Shown in pieces: positions 47,047-56,361 of a stretch of DNA of 64,000 nt (position 1 is its first letter; every line of letters starts with the position of its first letter). The translations under genes and the position numbers were made by a program. Under the pieces are notes generated by a model. The model saw nothing but the letters and a program-made list of their open reading frames with translations, had not been told where the DNA came from and made no database searches. The DNA lies in the NCBI GenBank assembly GCA_046759465.1, contig JBHICH010000002.1, positions 7,468-71,467 of the forward strand. Reading direction: 5' to 3'. The DNA comes from Nitrososphaerales archaeon (GTDB lineage: Archaea > Thermoproteota > Nitrososphaeria > Nitrososphaerales > UBA213).

Positions 47047-49152
47047 TTAGGCATATCCTTGCAGGATATGTGGAGATCTGCATGAGCCACACTTGTCTAT
47101 AACTTCTAAGCTCTTCTGACCGCAGTTGCCGCAAACAAAAACCTTCATTCTTGCTCTAAAGAATGTTAGCATATCTGCCGCACTTTCTATTGCTGCCTTG
47201 ACATCGGTGTTGTTCATTGTATTGTTTACATCCAGAGTTACAGAAAGTCCACCATTAAGCAACTTTTCCATAGCATTGCACTCCTTTATTATCGGAGAAT
47301 CCTTCTTAATCTCTATCATATCGGCAGCAGGTATGACCATTCCTTGCGAATATGCATTATTGCTCGTTTGTAGCAAGATCTTGCCATACCTTCCTGTATC
47401 TAGAGCAGCAAATCTGGTAGCGCTATCATCAATTATCATCGCTATACCAACATCGTCTCCAGTCTGTTTCCCCTTTTCTATTGCAACATCAACTGATGTC
47501 CTGATTACTTTTTGGACTACATCCAAGCAACTATTTGTGTCGTCGTAGCCGAGTATGTTTGCAACAGATTCGTGTAAACCAACCAAGTTTACAACCATGT
47601 TTGCACTTCCTCTCTGCATGAACTGAGTGCTGTCTGCAAGTGTAGGAATAAGGCCCTTCCTTGTTAGATCGGTTATTGTCTTCTTCCTAATAGAAAGTGC
47701 GGTTATTGCGGGCTTTATCAGAAGCGCAAGCCTAGCTCTGAAGTATGTTTCGTCCTTGTTTGATTCATAGGCAAGTCTGGGCAGGTTTATTGCTAGTGAT
47801 TGCAATAACATCACAGTGTTGGCGCTTTGTCCATTACCCAAGCTCCTTGATACACCCATGGCACTCCTTACCTGATTTGGATTGCCCAGCAATGTTATTG
47901 CACCTCCAGCACGCACGATGTTGGAGATCTTGTCAGCATAATCATTTACAGCACCGTTGCTGTATGTCAAGACCAGTCCTATCCTGGGCATTGGGGTTGC
48001 ATGCACATACGTCTCATACCCCTTCAGCACAGCATCGACATACTTCTTTTCCGAACCATCTAGATTGACGTTCAAGGACATGTTTGGAGATGTTGGTGAA
48101 TGCGATGGAGCGCTGGAACCTATTATGAGAGCCTTCGCAAACTTGTTCGCCAACGAGCTATCGCTTCCACACCTTTGAATAAGCGGTATTATCTCATCTA
48201 CAAAGACTTCGGTTGAAGCTTCCCTGCTCAGCAGACTATTGAGCAGTGCAAGACAAGAGCAGAAATCATCTACGCTCTTGATAGAGCTTATTCTTGACAC
48301 GTTCAGGAACTTGCCCTTTAGGTTTATTCCTTCTTCAGCAAGCTCGTTTATATTGATAAATATGGAATCGGGTATAAGACCCCAGGTTCCAGGATTTGAT
48401 ATGTGTATATCGCCAGCTAAATACGAATCGGCTATATCCTTTGGAAGCGTGTTGAAGACAAGGTATTCGGAGAAAACTGTTTGAGCTGTCTTTGCTAGCA
48501 CACTTTCAATTCCGTTTTTGACCTCATCTACGCTGTTCATCATCTGAGCGATATCAAAGACTGGCATACCTAGTCTAGCCAATTTATGTCTATACTCTTC
48601 ATGGCCATGTTCAATCAAAACTGAATTTACCATTTCCCGTATCAAGGGAGCGGTTAGGTATGCAGTTTGGAACTTGTAGATCTTGTTTTCAACCTCCTCT
48701 GTTATCTTCTGCGCAAGTTCCAATGGTACACTTGCTTCCCTAACCAGAGACTGGATTATTTTGTGGGAGTTGAACTCCTCTATCATTTGATTTGAAGTTC
48801 TAACGTACATCTTTCCACTTTCAATTATAGACCGCTCCTCGATCTGCCTAGCAAGGCTTAGCACCAGTTTGCCCAAGTTTGTAATGGTGTACCTTCTTTC
48901 AGCCTTGTTCAGAGCAACAAGTGACTGCCTGAGTAACTTCCTCAAGTGGTAGGCGAACTTGCCACTCTCCTTCTTTGACTTGAACCCTGCTAGTGCCTTT
49001 AGTTCTGAATATGTTAATGGACCCTTTGAATTCAATATTCTAAGAATATCTATCCTGTTTGGGCTTGCCATCACGGAGAAGATCATCCGAACCCGCTTTG
49101 AAGCTGACTCCAGAACACCACCCTTCTTCGCTTCAACATGACTCAATTCCAT
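47047..49152 (-). CDS. Fusion protein: ArsR-type winged HTH + ATP-cone + class III RNR (NrdD)-like body + C-terminal zinc ribbon
   Basis: wHTH 'ASPNRIDILRILNSKGPLTYSELK'. ATP-cone 'MYVRTSNQMIEEFNSHKIIQSL...'. NrdD-like 'YLAGDIHISNPG' and 'AINLPRLAYES'. Ends 'CGNCG...CGSCRSPHILQGYA'. Confidence 0.7.
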   Translation of the reverse strand: MELSHVEAKKGGVLESASKRVRMIFSVMASPNRIDILRILNSKGPLTYSELKALAGFKSKKESGKFAYHLRKLLRQSLVALNKAERRYTITNLGKLVLSLARQIEERSIIESGKMYVRTSNQMIEEFNSHKIIQSLVREASVPLELAQKITEEVENKIYKFQTAYLTAPLIREMVNSVLIEHGHEEYRHKLARLGMPVFDIAQMMNSVDEVKNGIESVLAKTAQTVFSEYLVFNTLPKDIADSYLAGDIHISNPGTWGLIPDSIFININELAEEGINLKGKFLNVSRISSIKSVDDFCSCLALLNSLLSREASTEVFVDEIIPLIQRCGSDSSLANKFAKALIIGSSAPSHSPTSPNMSLNVNLDGSEKKYVDAVLKGYETYVHATPMPRIGLVLTYSNGAVNDYADKISNIVRAGGAITLLGNPNQVRSAMGVSRSLGNGQSANTVMLLQSLAINLPRLAYESNKDETYFRARLALLIKPAITALSIRKKTITDLTRKGLIPTLADSTQFMQRGSANMVVNLVGLHESVANILGYDDTNSCLDVVQKVIRTSVDVAIEKGKQTGDDVGIAMIIDDSATRFAALDTGRYGKILLQTSNNAYSQGMVIPAADMIEIKKDSPIIKECNAMEKLLNGGLSVTLDVNNTMNNTDVKAAIESAADMLTFFRARMKVFVCGNCGQKSLEVIDKCGSCRSPHILQGYA

Positions 49153-49268
49153 TTAACCTCTCTACTAATTTTGTTTGATTAAAAGAACCTTGTAAAATAA
49201 TATTGCCTAACTAGGATAATAATTTATTGCTTGCAAATTGCGCGGAGAGCTCCTATCTCCTTTAAATA

Positions 49269-49877
49269 CTAAGTTTCTATCGGAACTCTATCCTTTGCCT
49301 TGGTTTCTGGCAGAGTTGGGAATTTGTGCTTCAACTCGTTTTCCACAACGCTGCTGGCCTCTTCAAGTATCTGTATAGCATCATCCGTCACCTTGCTCGG
49401 ACTGGGTCCATCTGTTATATCAAGAGCGATCAGTGTATTGGAAAATGTGTCGGACATATTTACAAATGTCTCCCTTGCAGCTGGCACAACCTGTGCTAGA
49501 TCATTCTGCAATTCCTTCAAACTTGTGACTGCAGGATTTACTGCATCAAACAGCTCGTTGTAATCCTTTATAGTGCCTATTCTCACGATCAAAGTTTCAA
49601 AAACTACCTTAATATCCGATACAAGTTTCAAGACTTTCCTTATAATGACAAGTTCATTGGCAAGCATATTCGCGTGCACTTTTTCACCGCTAAATACATC
49701 AACAACGACTTGCTCCTGTAGATTCCTCTCTACACTGCCAAGCCTTGTTTCTACTGGTGCCAACTTTAGAACCTCTGCATACAGTGTGGTTCTCGCTTTA
49801 TCAATATCAAGTCTAAACTGCTCATGCCTATGCATAAGAACCAGCAGCATATGGATCGGATAGAAGGTAAAACACAT
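49269..49877 (-). CDS. cdvB: ESCRT-III/Snf7-family cell-division protein CdvB (true start probably an internal Met, e.g. 49835)
   Basis: 'LANELVIIRKVLKLVSDIKVVFETLIVRIGTIKDYNELFDAVNPAVTSLKELQ' has the helical-hairpin pattern of thaumarchaeal/crenarchaeal CdvB. Acidic C-terminal tail. Confidence 0.7.
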   Translation of the reverse strand: MCFTFYPIHMLLVLMHRHEQFRLDIDKARTTLYAEVLKLAPVETRLGSVERNLQEQVVVDVFSGEKVHANMLANELVIIRKVLKLVSDIKVVFETLIVRIGTIKDYNELFDAVNPAVTSLKELQNDLAQVVPAARETFVNMSDTFSNTLIALDITDGPSPSKVTDDAIQILEEASSVVENELKHKFPTLPETKAKDRVPIET

Positions 49878-49979
49878 AGTTTACTTGCATACACAAGCAA
49901 CTTCACTTGAGCTTATCATGAACGAGATTAGCAGAAGGTTTATAATTATTGCAGTGAGCTTAATGTTAAGCGAACCTGT

Positions 49980-50594
49980 ATGGTAAAGAAATCAAGCAAG
50001 AGGAGTAATCCATCGATGTCAATAAGTAACAAAGATGTAGTTGCTGTGCAAGTGGTAGAGAAAGCTGGTGTTAATGTCAAGAAACTTGTTGATATGCTGA
50101 TCGGGGGAGTAGGAGCAGAGTTTACAACTTACTATTATTACACTATACTAAGGATGCACTGCACCGGGCTCGAGGGCGAGGGCATAAAGGAAATTGTCGA
50201 AGATGCAAGAATTGAAGACAGGAACCATTTTGAAGCAATGACACCAAGAATATATGAGCTCGGTGGTTCGTTGCCAAGGGACATAAGAGAGTTTGCTGAT
50301 CTTTCAGCATGTCCCGATGCTTACTTGCCAAAGGACTGGACTGACATTAACGAAATTATCAAAATTCTACTCGCTGCTGAACAGTGTGCGATCAAATCCT
50401 GGGGTCAAGTTTGTGAAATGACATATGGCAAGGATCCGAGAACATATGATATTGCACAAAATATAATGCAGGAAGAAATTGAGCATGAGGCTTGGTTCCT
50501 AGAGTTACTGTATGGCAGACCATCAGCACACTTCAGAAGGAGATTCATCGGAGAATCTCCGCATGTCCATAAACAGCTACATACAACGCACTAA
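49980..50594 (+). CDS. Dps-like (DPSL) ferritin-superfamily diiron protein
   Basis: Four-helix-bundle ligand pairs 'EDRNHFE' and 'EEIEHEAWF'. 204 aa. Confidence 0.75.
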   Translation: MVKKSSKRSNPSMSISNKDVVAVQVVEKAGVNVKKLVDMLIGGVGAEFTTYYYYTILRMHCTGLEGEGIKEIVEDARIEDRNHFEAMTPRIYELGGSLPRDIREFADLSACPDAYLPKDWTDINEIIKILLAAEQCAIKSWGQVCEMTYGKDPRTYDIAQNIMQEEIEHEAWFLELLYGRPSAHFRRRFIGESPHVHKQLHTTH

Positions 50595-50609
50595 ACCCCT
50601 TTTTTTGAT

Positions 50610-50969
50610 ATGACCTTGGTAACTGTTTGCAAGGTTGACGATGTAAAGGACAACTCACTTGGACTTTTTAATGTTAATAGTGTTGAAATTGTTGTTGGAA
50701 AAAGGAAGGGAAAGATGTTTGCATGTGTAGCGCACTGTCCACATAAAGGTTCTTACCTGCATAAGGGCTGGTTTAATGGCGATAATCTTGTTTGTCCCTT
50801 GCATAACTACGAGTTTAATATCTCAACAGGTAAGTTAGAAAGGATGACATCATGGAAGGAAGAACACCCAACATGGATAGAGCAGGATCCTGAATGGAGA
50901 AAGTCTGGTGACTTGATACTTTATGATGTTAAGGTTCGTAATGGTTATGTCATTGTAGATTTACCATAA
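50610..50969 (+). CDS. Rieske [2Fe-2S] ferredoxin-like protein
   Basis: 'CPHKG' and 'CPLHNYEF' (CxH ... CxxH). Confidence 0.85.
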   Translation: MTLVTVCKVDDVKDNSLGLFNVNSVEIVVGKRKGKMFACVAHCPHKGSYLHKGWFNGDNLVCPLHNYEFNISTGKLERMTSWKEEHPTWIEQDPEWRKSGDLILYDVKVRNGYVIVDLP

Positions 50970-50972
50970 CTT

Positions 50973-51164
50973 ATGGTTGAATTACGTTTGGGCAAAGAGT
51001 TTGGAACGAAAGAGTACATGGTCGAGGTATGGGAAGGAGGTAGGATAGTTGCTCTCATACATTCAACTGGCAATGGAATAACCATCTCAAGCAGAAAACC
51101 CATTAGTGTAGATGCAAACCAAGCTCGCACTGAAGTTTACATAAGTTTTGAACTTCCAGTTTAG
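50973..51164 (+). CDS. Hypothetical 63-aa protein, third gene of the DPSL-Rieske unit
   Basis: Starts 4 nt after the Rieske stop. Confidence 0.4.
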   Translation: MVELRLGKEFGTKEYMVEVWEGGRIVALIHSTGNGITISSRKPISVDANQARTEVYISFELPV

Positions 51165-51328
51165 ATCTTGGTCACAGATACACTGAAGTCAGAGGAAGTA
51201 AGTGTCTGTCCACACGCCTGGCACTTGTTGTTTGTCTTCAGCACATCTTTGATTGGTTTTAGGATACGCATTGTATAGATCAAAGAGCCACACTTGCCAC
51301 AAGTTACTTCGACTGGCACATTCTCCAT
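51161..51328 (-). CDS. Hypothetical zinc-ribbon protein (55 aa)
   Basis: MENVPVEVTCGKCGSLIYTMRILKPIKDVLKTNNKCQACGQTLTSSDFSVSVTKI. Confidence 0.4.
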   Translation of the reverse strand: MENVPVEVTCGKCGSLIYTMRILKPIKDVLKTNNKCQACGQTLTSSDFSVSVTKI

Positions 51329-51456
51329 ATATTAGCAAGTTATAAAAAGTTAGGTTTGAATTATTTTTAATAAAACTGATAATTTTGATTTATCTGAGGT
51401 TTTGTTAATTGAGTCTATAACCGATAAGAGTTTTTTAAAACAGCTAATATTTTGAT

Positions 51457-51876
51457 CTACTTATCTCTTTCTAATAAGATGCCTCTTTCGTCATAATCAA
51501 CTATCTTTACTCTCGCATTGATCGGAAGGTTCCTTGCAGAATCTACTCCCGGTAAAAATCCAGAAACGTTGAATCCAGCGTCGAGTCGCACAACAGCCCA
51601 TGCATATGGTGCATACTTTTCATACTCTAATGGTGCAACGTTCTGTATTGTATAAGTGATTATCTTGCCCTTACCTTCCACTTCAACAACTTCTAGGTCA
51701 TGCGAGCTGCATTTGCTGCAAAAGACCGTAGTTGCTAGCTGCATATTACCACACTTTTTACACTTGTATGCCAGAACCTTACCATTCTTTACTGTTGCAA
51801 TAAACTGTTCCCTTCTTATCAATTTGCTAAACCCTTCTGAATATATGCACCGCACAGCTTGCACCGGTTGCACCAA
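51457..51876 (-). CDS. DUF35 OB-fold/zinc-ribbon protein (thiolase/HMG-CoA synthase scaffold family); alternative TTG start at 51812
   Basis: 'CKKCGN...CSKCSS' Zn ribbon followed by an OB-fold. Immediately downstream of the thiolase. Confidence 0.8.
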   Translation of the reverse strand: MVQPVQAVRCIYSEGFSKLIRREQFIATVKNGKVLAYKCKKCGNMQLATTVFCSKCSSHDLEVVEVEGKGKIITYTIQNVAPLEYEKYAPYAWAVVRLDAGFNVSGFLPGVDSARNLPINARVKIVDYDERGILLERDK

Positions 51877-53023
51877 AGTTGTGTGTTAAAGCAGTTCCAG
51901 CATTCTTTACCTGTCGCGCTCCGGCTCTTCCTAGTAACTGCTCGTAAACTTCAACAATCTGCCCAATACCAGTTGCACCAATTGGATGACCCTTTGACTT
52001 TAAGCCTCCAGACGGATTGATTGTAATGCCACCGTTGTTCAACTTTGTTAAACCTTCTCTAACTGCTTGTGCAGCCATTCCTTTTTCGAAGAATCCTAAA
52101 TCTTCGGTGTCTATCATTTCTGCTATCGTAAAGCAGTCATGCACCTCTGCAAAGTCTATGTCTTTAGGAGTTAAATTTGCTTGATTGTATGCCTGCTGGG
52201 CAGCAGCCCTTGTGCTTGGAATAGTTGTTACGTCCTCTCTACCCTGTAGCGCTGCTGGAGACGCTCCCCTTCCAGAGCCGATCACTTCTATGTAATCGAC
52301 ATGCTTTTTTGCATAGTCTTCTGAGCAAAGTACAACCGCACTTGCACCGTCAGAAAATGGGCAGCAGTCAAGAACCTTCAACGGGCTTGCAACAAGTGGG
52401 GAGTTCAAAACATCTTCAACTGTGATCCTCTTCTGCAAATGTGCCTTTGGGTTAAGAATTCCGTGTTCATGGTTCTTTACAGCAACCATTGCGAGGTCTT
52501 CCTCTGTTGCCTTGTATCTAGTCAAATAAGCTCTTGCCATGGTTGCAAACAATCCTGGGAATGATGCTCCACTGCCTCCCTCATAGAAGAAGTCTGAGCA
52601 GTATGAGAAAAGCGTAGTTGACCGGCCCGTTCCAGTTTGCGTTACCTTTTCAACGCCAACAGCTATAACAACATCATAAAATCCCGCTGCAACATTCGCA
52701 TAAGCTTCTCTAAATGCGATCGAGCCACTGCCGCATGCTGACTCAACTGTCAACCCTGGAACGTGAGCTATACCAAGATTACTCATTACAACTGGTGCCA
52801 AGTGCACTTGGTTGTCTGCAATACCAAACACGTTTGAAACAAAACCATACTGAATCTCTTTTGGCTCAATCTTCGCACTTAAGATTGCATCATTTGAAGC
52901 ATTAACCGCAAGCTCGATCACGCTTTCTTCTAATTTTCCATATTTAGTGCTGCCAGAACCGATAACACAAACCTTGTTCACGTAAACGCAATCTCTTCCG
53001 CTATATAAAAACGTAAAGAACAA
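51827..53023 (-). CDS. Archaeal acetyl-CoA acetyltransferase (thiolase); likely GTG start at 52981
   Basis: 'VESACGSGS' nucleophile Cys, 'GHPIGATG', 'NFGATGAS'. A TATA-like 'TTTATATA' (53002-53009) sits inside the ORF-track N-terminal extension. Confidence 0.9.
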   Translation of the reverse strand: MFFTFLYSGRDCVYVNKVCVIGSGSTKYGKLEESVIELAVNASNDAILSAKIEPKEIQYGFVSNVFGIADNQVHLAPVVMSNLGIAHVPGLTVESACGSGSIAFREAYANVAAGFYDVVIAVGVEKVTQTGTGRSTTLFSYCSDFFYEGGSGASFPGLFATMARAYLTRYKATEEDLAMVAVKNHEHGILNPKAHLQKRITVEDVLNSPLVASPLKVLDCCPFSDGASAVVLCSEDYAKKHVDYIEVIGSGRGASPAALQGREDVTTIPSTRAAAQQAYNQANLTPKDIDFAEVHDCFTIAEMIDTEDLGFFEKGMAAQAVREGLTKLNNGGITINPSGGLKSKGHPIGATGIGQIVEVYEQLLGRAGARQVKNAGTALTHNFGATGASCAVHIFRRV

Positions 53024-53044
53024 ATCCGCTAAAACTCTTTAAAG
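53002..53044. promoter_or_regulatory. Divergent promoter pair: TTTATATA (for thiolase, minus) and CTTTAAAG (for topA, plus)
   Basis: Each box ends 20 nt before the respective GTG start (52981 and 53065). Confidence 0.35.
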
Positions 53045-53064
53045 TTGGTTGCGCTAAAGTTGAT

Positions 53065-55158
53065 GTGTCGCTACGAGTAAAAGATTATACTCTAACCATA
53101 TGTGAGAAACCGGATGCTGCTAGAAGGATAGCAAGAGCGATTGGTATCGATGATTTCAGAGAAGTTACAATTGATGGCGTTGAAGTCTATGTGTCAAAAA
53201 ATGGTAGAAAGACTTATGTTGTATGTCCAGCGCTAGGACATCTTTATACGCTTGAAGATCCAACAGGAAAGAGACACATCTATCCTGTCCTTGATGTCGA
53301 ATGGATCCCATCGTCAGGTGAAAAGGAAAAGGAAAGAATTGCAAGGATACTTGATACTATAAGCAAACTTGCGAGGAATGCTGTTGACTTCATAAATTCA
53401 TGTGACTTCGACCAGGAAGGAGAGGTAATAGGTTACAACATTCTGAAGTACGCGTGCAACAACAAGCATGATGAAGCATTCAGGCCCAAGTTTTCCACGC
53501 TCACGGAAGATGAATTAAGGTCTGCGTTTGAGAGTATGAAGAAAGGAACTGGAAACGATCTGGCTGATGCTGGAAGAGCAAGACACATGCTTGATTTCAT
53601 CTATGGTATTAATCTGTCAAGAGCATTATCAGAATCGGTTTACCAAAGTAACAAACGCTTTAGAAATCTTACCGTTGGAAGAGTGCAGGGACCAACGTTA
53701 TCATTTGTGGTTGACAGAGAGATAGAGATCAGAACGGACTTGCCAACACCGTTCTGGGTTTTAACTGCAAGATTTGAAAAAGATGATCAAGCGTTTAATG
53801 CGCAGTACGAAAAGAAGAAGATCTTCAAACTTGCAGAAGCAAATCAAGTGATAATTGCCTGCAAGAGTAAGGATGCAAATGTTAGCGATATCAATAAAAC
53901 TATTGTTAGGCAAAGTCCTCCAACGCCGTTCAATCTTGGTGATCTGCAAAGAGAAGCTTACAGGTTGTTCAGATTTTGTCCAAGCTTTACCTTGTCGGTT
54001 GCAGAGAGAGTCTACCTCGATGCGTTGATATCTTATCCAAGAACATCAAGCCGGAAGTTGCCACGCTCTATTGATTATAAAGGAATAATCAGAAAGTTGG
54101 CAGGAATTAGAGCATACAGAAGCTTAGCAAGTGATCTCCTGAAGGGAAAGTTGGTTCCAAATGAAGGTATCACAGACGATCCAGCACATCCAGCAATCTA
54201 TCCAACAGGTGAGGTACCAAGGCATCAATTGGAGGGTGTTAAATGGAAACTTTACGATCTTATCGTGAAGAGGTTCTTTACAACATTTGGTGATGCTGCA
54301 GTAATGGAAAGAATTGCAATCCTTATCCACCTTGATGGTTACAACTTCAGGGCTAGCGGTAGAAGAACGATCTATGAAGGCTGGACTAAATACTATAGCT
54401 CGTATGCTGAAATAGAGGAAGTTGAATTACCTACATTAAAAGTTGGAGACGCGCTCGCAAACAGGGAAGTAAAGAGTGCAGAGAAGTACACGCAAGCATC
54501 AGCCCGTTTCAATCAAGCAAGCTTGCTTGACAGGATGGAGAAGGAGAAGATAGGCACCAAATCGACCAGAGCAGAAATAATCAAGACACTAATTGATCGA
54601 GGCTACATAACTGGCGAGAGCATAGAGGCTACTGATCTTGGGTTTGCTGTTGTAGAATCGATGCGCAGTTACATGTCAAACATCATGTCAACGGAACTAA
54701 CAAAGAATATGGAAGAGCAACTTGAGGAAGTTGAGTGTGGCAGGTTGAACAGTGATAGTGTTGTTGATAATGCTGCAGAAAAGTTGATCGATGCACTAAT
54801 TTTATTCAAATCAAAAGAACGAGAGGTTGGAAAGTTGATGAACGACGCAATAATCAGGACAGTGATGGTGCAGAAAAATGTTGGCGCATGTCCATTATGC
54901 GGTGATGGTCAGCTAAGAATAATCAAATCGAAGCAGAGCAGCAAGAGATTTGTGGGTTGTTCGAACTTTGGGAAAGGATGCAAGGGAGCTATGCCATTAC
55001 CACAGAAAGGTCTTGTAAAAACAACAAAGAAGGTTTGTGGTGTTTGCAAGTGGCCAATAGTTCATGTTAGATTCATGGGCAGAAGATTTTCATGGAAGTT
55101 GTGCATAAACATTTCATGCCCAACTAAAAAGGGAAAGATCAAGAGTTCAATTCATTAA
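53065..55158 (+). CDS. topA: Type IA DNA topoisomerase with C-terminal zinc ribbons; GTG start
   Basis: Toprim 'LTICEKPDAA' and 'DQEGEVIG'. Active-site 'ISYPRTSS'. C-terminal 'CPLCG...' and 'CGVCK...' ribbons. Confidence 0.9.
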   Translation: MSLRVKDYTLTICEKPDAARRIARAIGIDDFREVTIDGVEVYVSKNGRKTYVVCPALGHLYTLEDPTGKRHIYPVLDVEWIPSSGEKEKERIARILDTISKLARNAVDFINSCDFDQEGEVIGYNILKYACNNKHDEAFRPKFSTLTEDELRSAFESMKKGTGNDLADAGRARHMLDFIYGINLSRALSESVYQSNKRFRNLTVGRVQGPTLSFVVDREIEIRTDLPTPFWVLTARFEKDDQAFNAQYEKKKIFKLAEANQVIIACKSKDANVSDINKTIVRQSPPTPFNLGDLQREAYRLFRFCPSFTLSVAERVYLDALISYPRTSSRKLPRSIDYKGIIRKLAGIRAYRSLASDLLKGKLVPNEGITDDPAHPAIYPTGEVPRHQLEGVKWKLYDLIVKRFFTTFGDAAVMERIAILIHLDGYNFRASGRRTIYEGWTKYYSSYAEIEEVELPTLKVGDALANREVKSAEKYTQASARFNQASLLDRMEKEKIGTKSTRAEIIKTLIDRGYITGESIEATDLGFAVVESMRSYMSNIMSTELTKNMEEQLEEVECGRLNSDSVVDNAAEKLIDALILFKSKEREVGKLMNDAIIRTVMVQKNVGACPLCGDGQLRIIKSKQSSKRFVGCSNFGKGCKGAMPLPQKGLVKTTKKVCGVCKWPIVHVRFMGRRFSWKLCINISCPTKKGKIKSSIH

Positions 55159-55960
55159 GATATTTGGAATAAATATCATTGCGTCTATTCTTAAGCAGAG
55201 GCAACTTGCTCCTAACGTTCTTGACCAGATCAGCATCCAAGTCGACCACTTCAAGTCCTTCTTTGTCTCCCATATCTAGGACAATTTTTCCAAAAGGATC
55301 GACAGCTATACTTCTTCCGACATAAATATTACCAACCTGATCCGGTGCAAGAAGATAGCAACCATTTTCTATTGCCCTTGCTTTGAGCATTGTCTGCCAG
55401 TGCTCGACCTTCATATCACCTTCAACCCATGCGGATGGTAGCAGGAATGTATCAGCTCCCATCAAGGCGAGAATTCTAGGCATCTCTGGAAAGCGTATGT
55501 CGTAGCAGATCATCAGACCAATATTACCCACATTTGTTTTTATTGGCTTGACCAAATCATTACCAGCAACGAATTTATCAGACTCCTTAAAGCCTAGAGC
55601 ATCATACAGATGTAATTTTCGGTAAACAGAAGATAAGCTACCTTTGCTATCTATCAGTAGTACGGTGTCGTAAACTCTATTTGGTATCTCGCTCTTTTCA
55701 TATATAGTTGCCGCAACATTTATGCAAATTGCTTTTGCAGCATTCCTTAATGATGAGGCAAACTCTCCTTTAATATCTTCAGCAATTTTTGCAAGTTCAT
55801 CAGCTGATTGACTTGCTGGAGAGTATGCCATAAGGAACTCTGGAAATGCAACAAGATCAGCTTTCTCTGTTTTAGCTTCTTTAAGGTAGCCAATTGCGGA
55901 CTTGAGGTTTTCATCTTTATGCATTGATGCCTTCAACTGCACTATCGCTACTCTGTTCAT
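55139..55960 (-). CDS. Carbon-nitrogen hydrolase (nitrilase superfamily)
   Basis: 'VAFPEF', 'YRKLHLYD', 'LMICYDIRFPE' (Glu-Lys-Cys triad contexts). Confidence 0.85.
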   Translation of the reverse strand: MNRVAIVQLKASMHKDENLKSAIGYLKEAKTEKADLVAFPEFLMAYSPASQSADELAKIAEDIKGEFASSLRNAAKAICINVAATIYEKSEIPNRVYDTVLLIDSKGSLSSVYRKLHLYDALGFKESDKFVAGNDLVKPIKTNVGNIGLMICYDIRFPEMPRILALMGADTFLLPSAWVEGDMKVEHWQTMLKARAIENGCYLLAPDQVGNIYVGRSIAVDPFGKIVLDMGDKEGLEVVDLDADLVKNVRSKLPLLKNRRNDIYSKYLNELNS

Positions 55961-55991
55961 ACTTGGATGATGATTGAATCAAAATAAAAAG

Positions 55992-56171
55992 TTACGTTAG
56001 CAGGTTGCCAGCAACGTACCAGTTCTCTTTTGGCGTGTCTTGGTACACCACTATTACATGCTCACGCTTTGATCCTAGCAGCTCGACTATTGTGTCTGTT
56101 ATAGCCTTCGCCAGCTCTTCTTTCTTCTCTGGCGTTCTACCAGGCCATAGAGATATTGTTACTAGAGGCAT
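55992..56171 (-). CDS. 4-oxalocrotonate tautomerase-family protein (59 aa, below ORF-track cutoff)
   Basis: Hand translation checked codon by codon: MPLVTISLWPGRTPEKKEELAKAITDTIVELLGSKREHVIVVYQDTPKENWYVAGNLLT. Pro-1 follows the Met and the beta-alpha-beta pattern is typical. Confidence 0.7.
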   Translation of the reverse strand: MPLVTISLWPGRTPEKKEELAKAITDTIVELLGSKREHVIVVYQDTPKENWYVAGNLLT

Positions 56172-56361
56172 ACGCTATTTTGCGCTGACAATCTTTTATA
56201 GATTACACACATAAATTTCTGCTGCAAATGCTTTGTAAAGCTGGCTTGACAGTAGTAGGATCAAAAATTACCCAACTATTGGAAACAAGTAGAAGTTCAA
56301 TAACAGATTCTAGTTACTAAACCTTAAATAACAAGAATCAAGTCCTAAAATTGAGCTGGAC

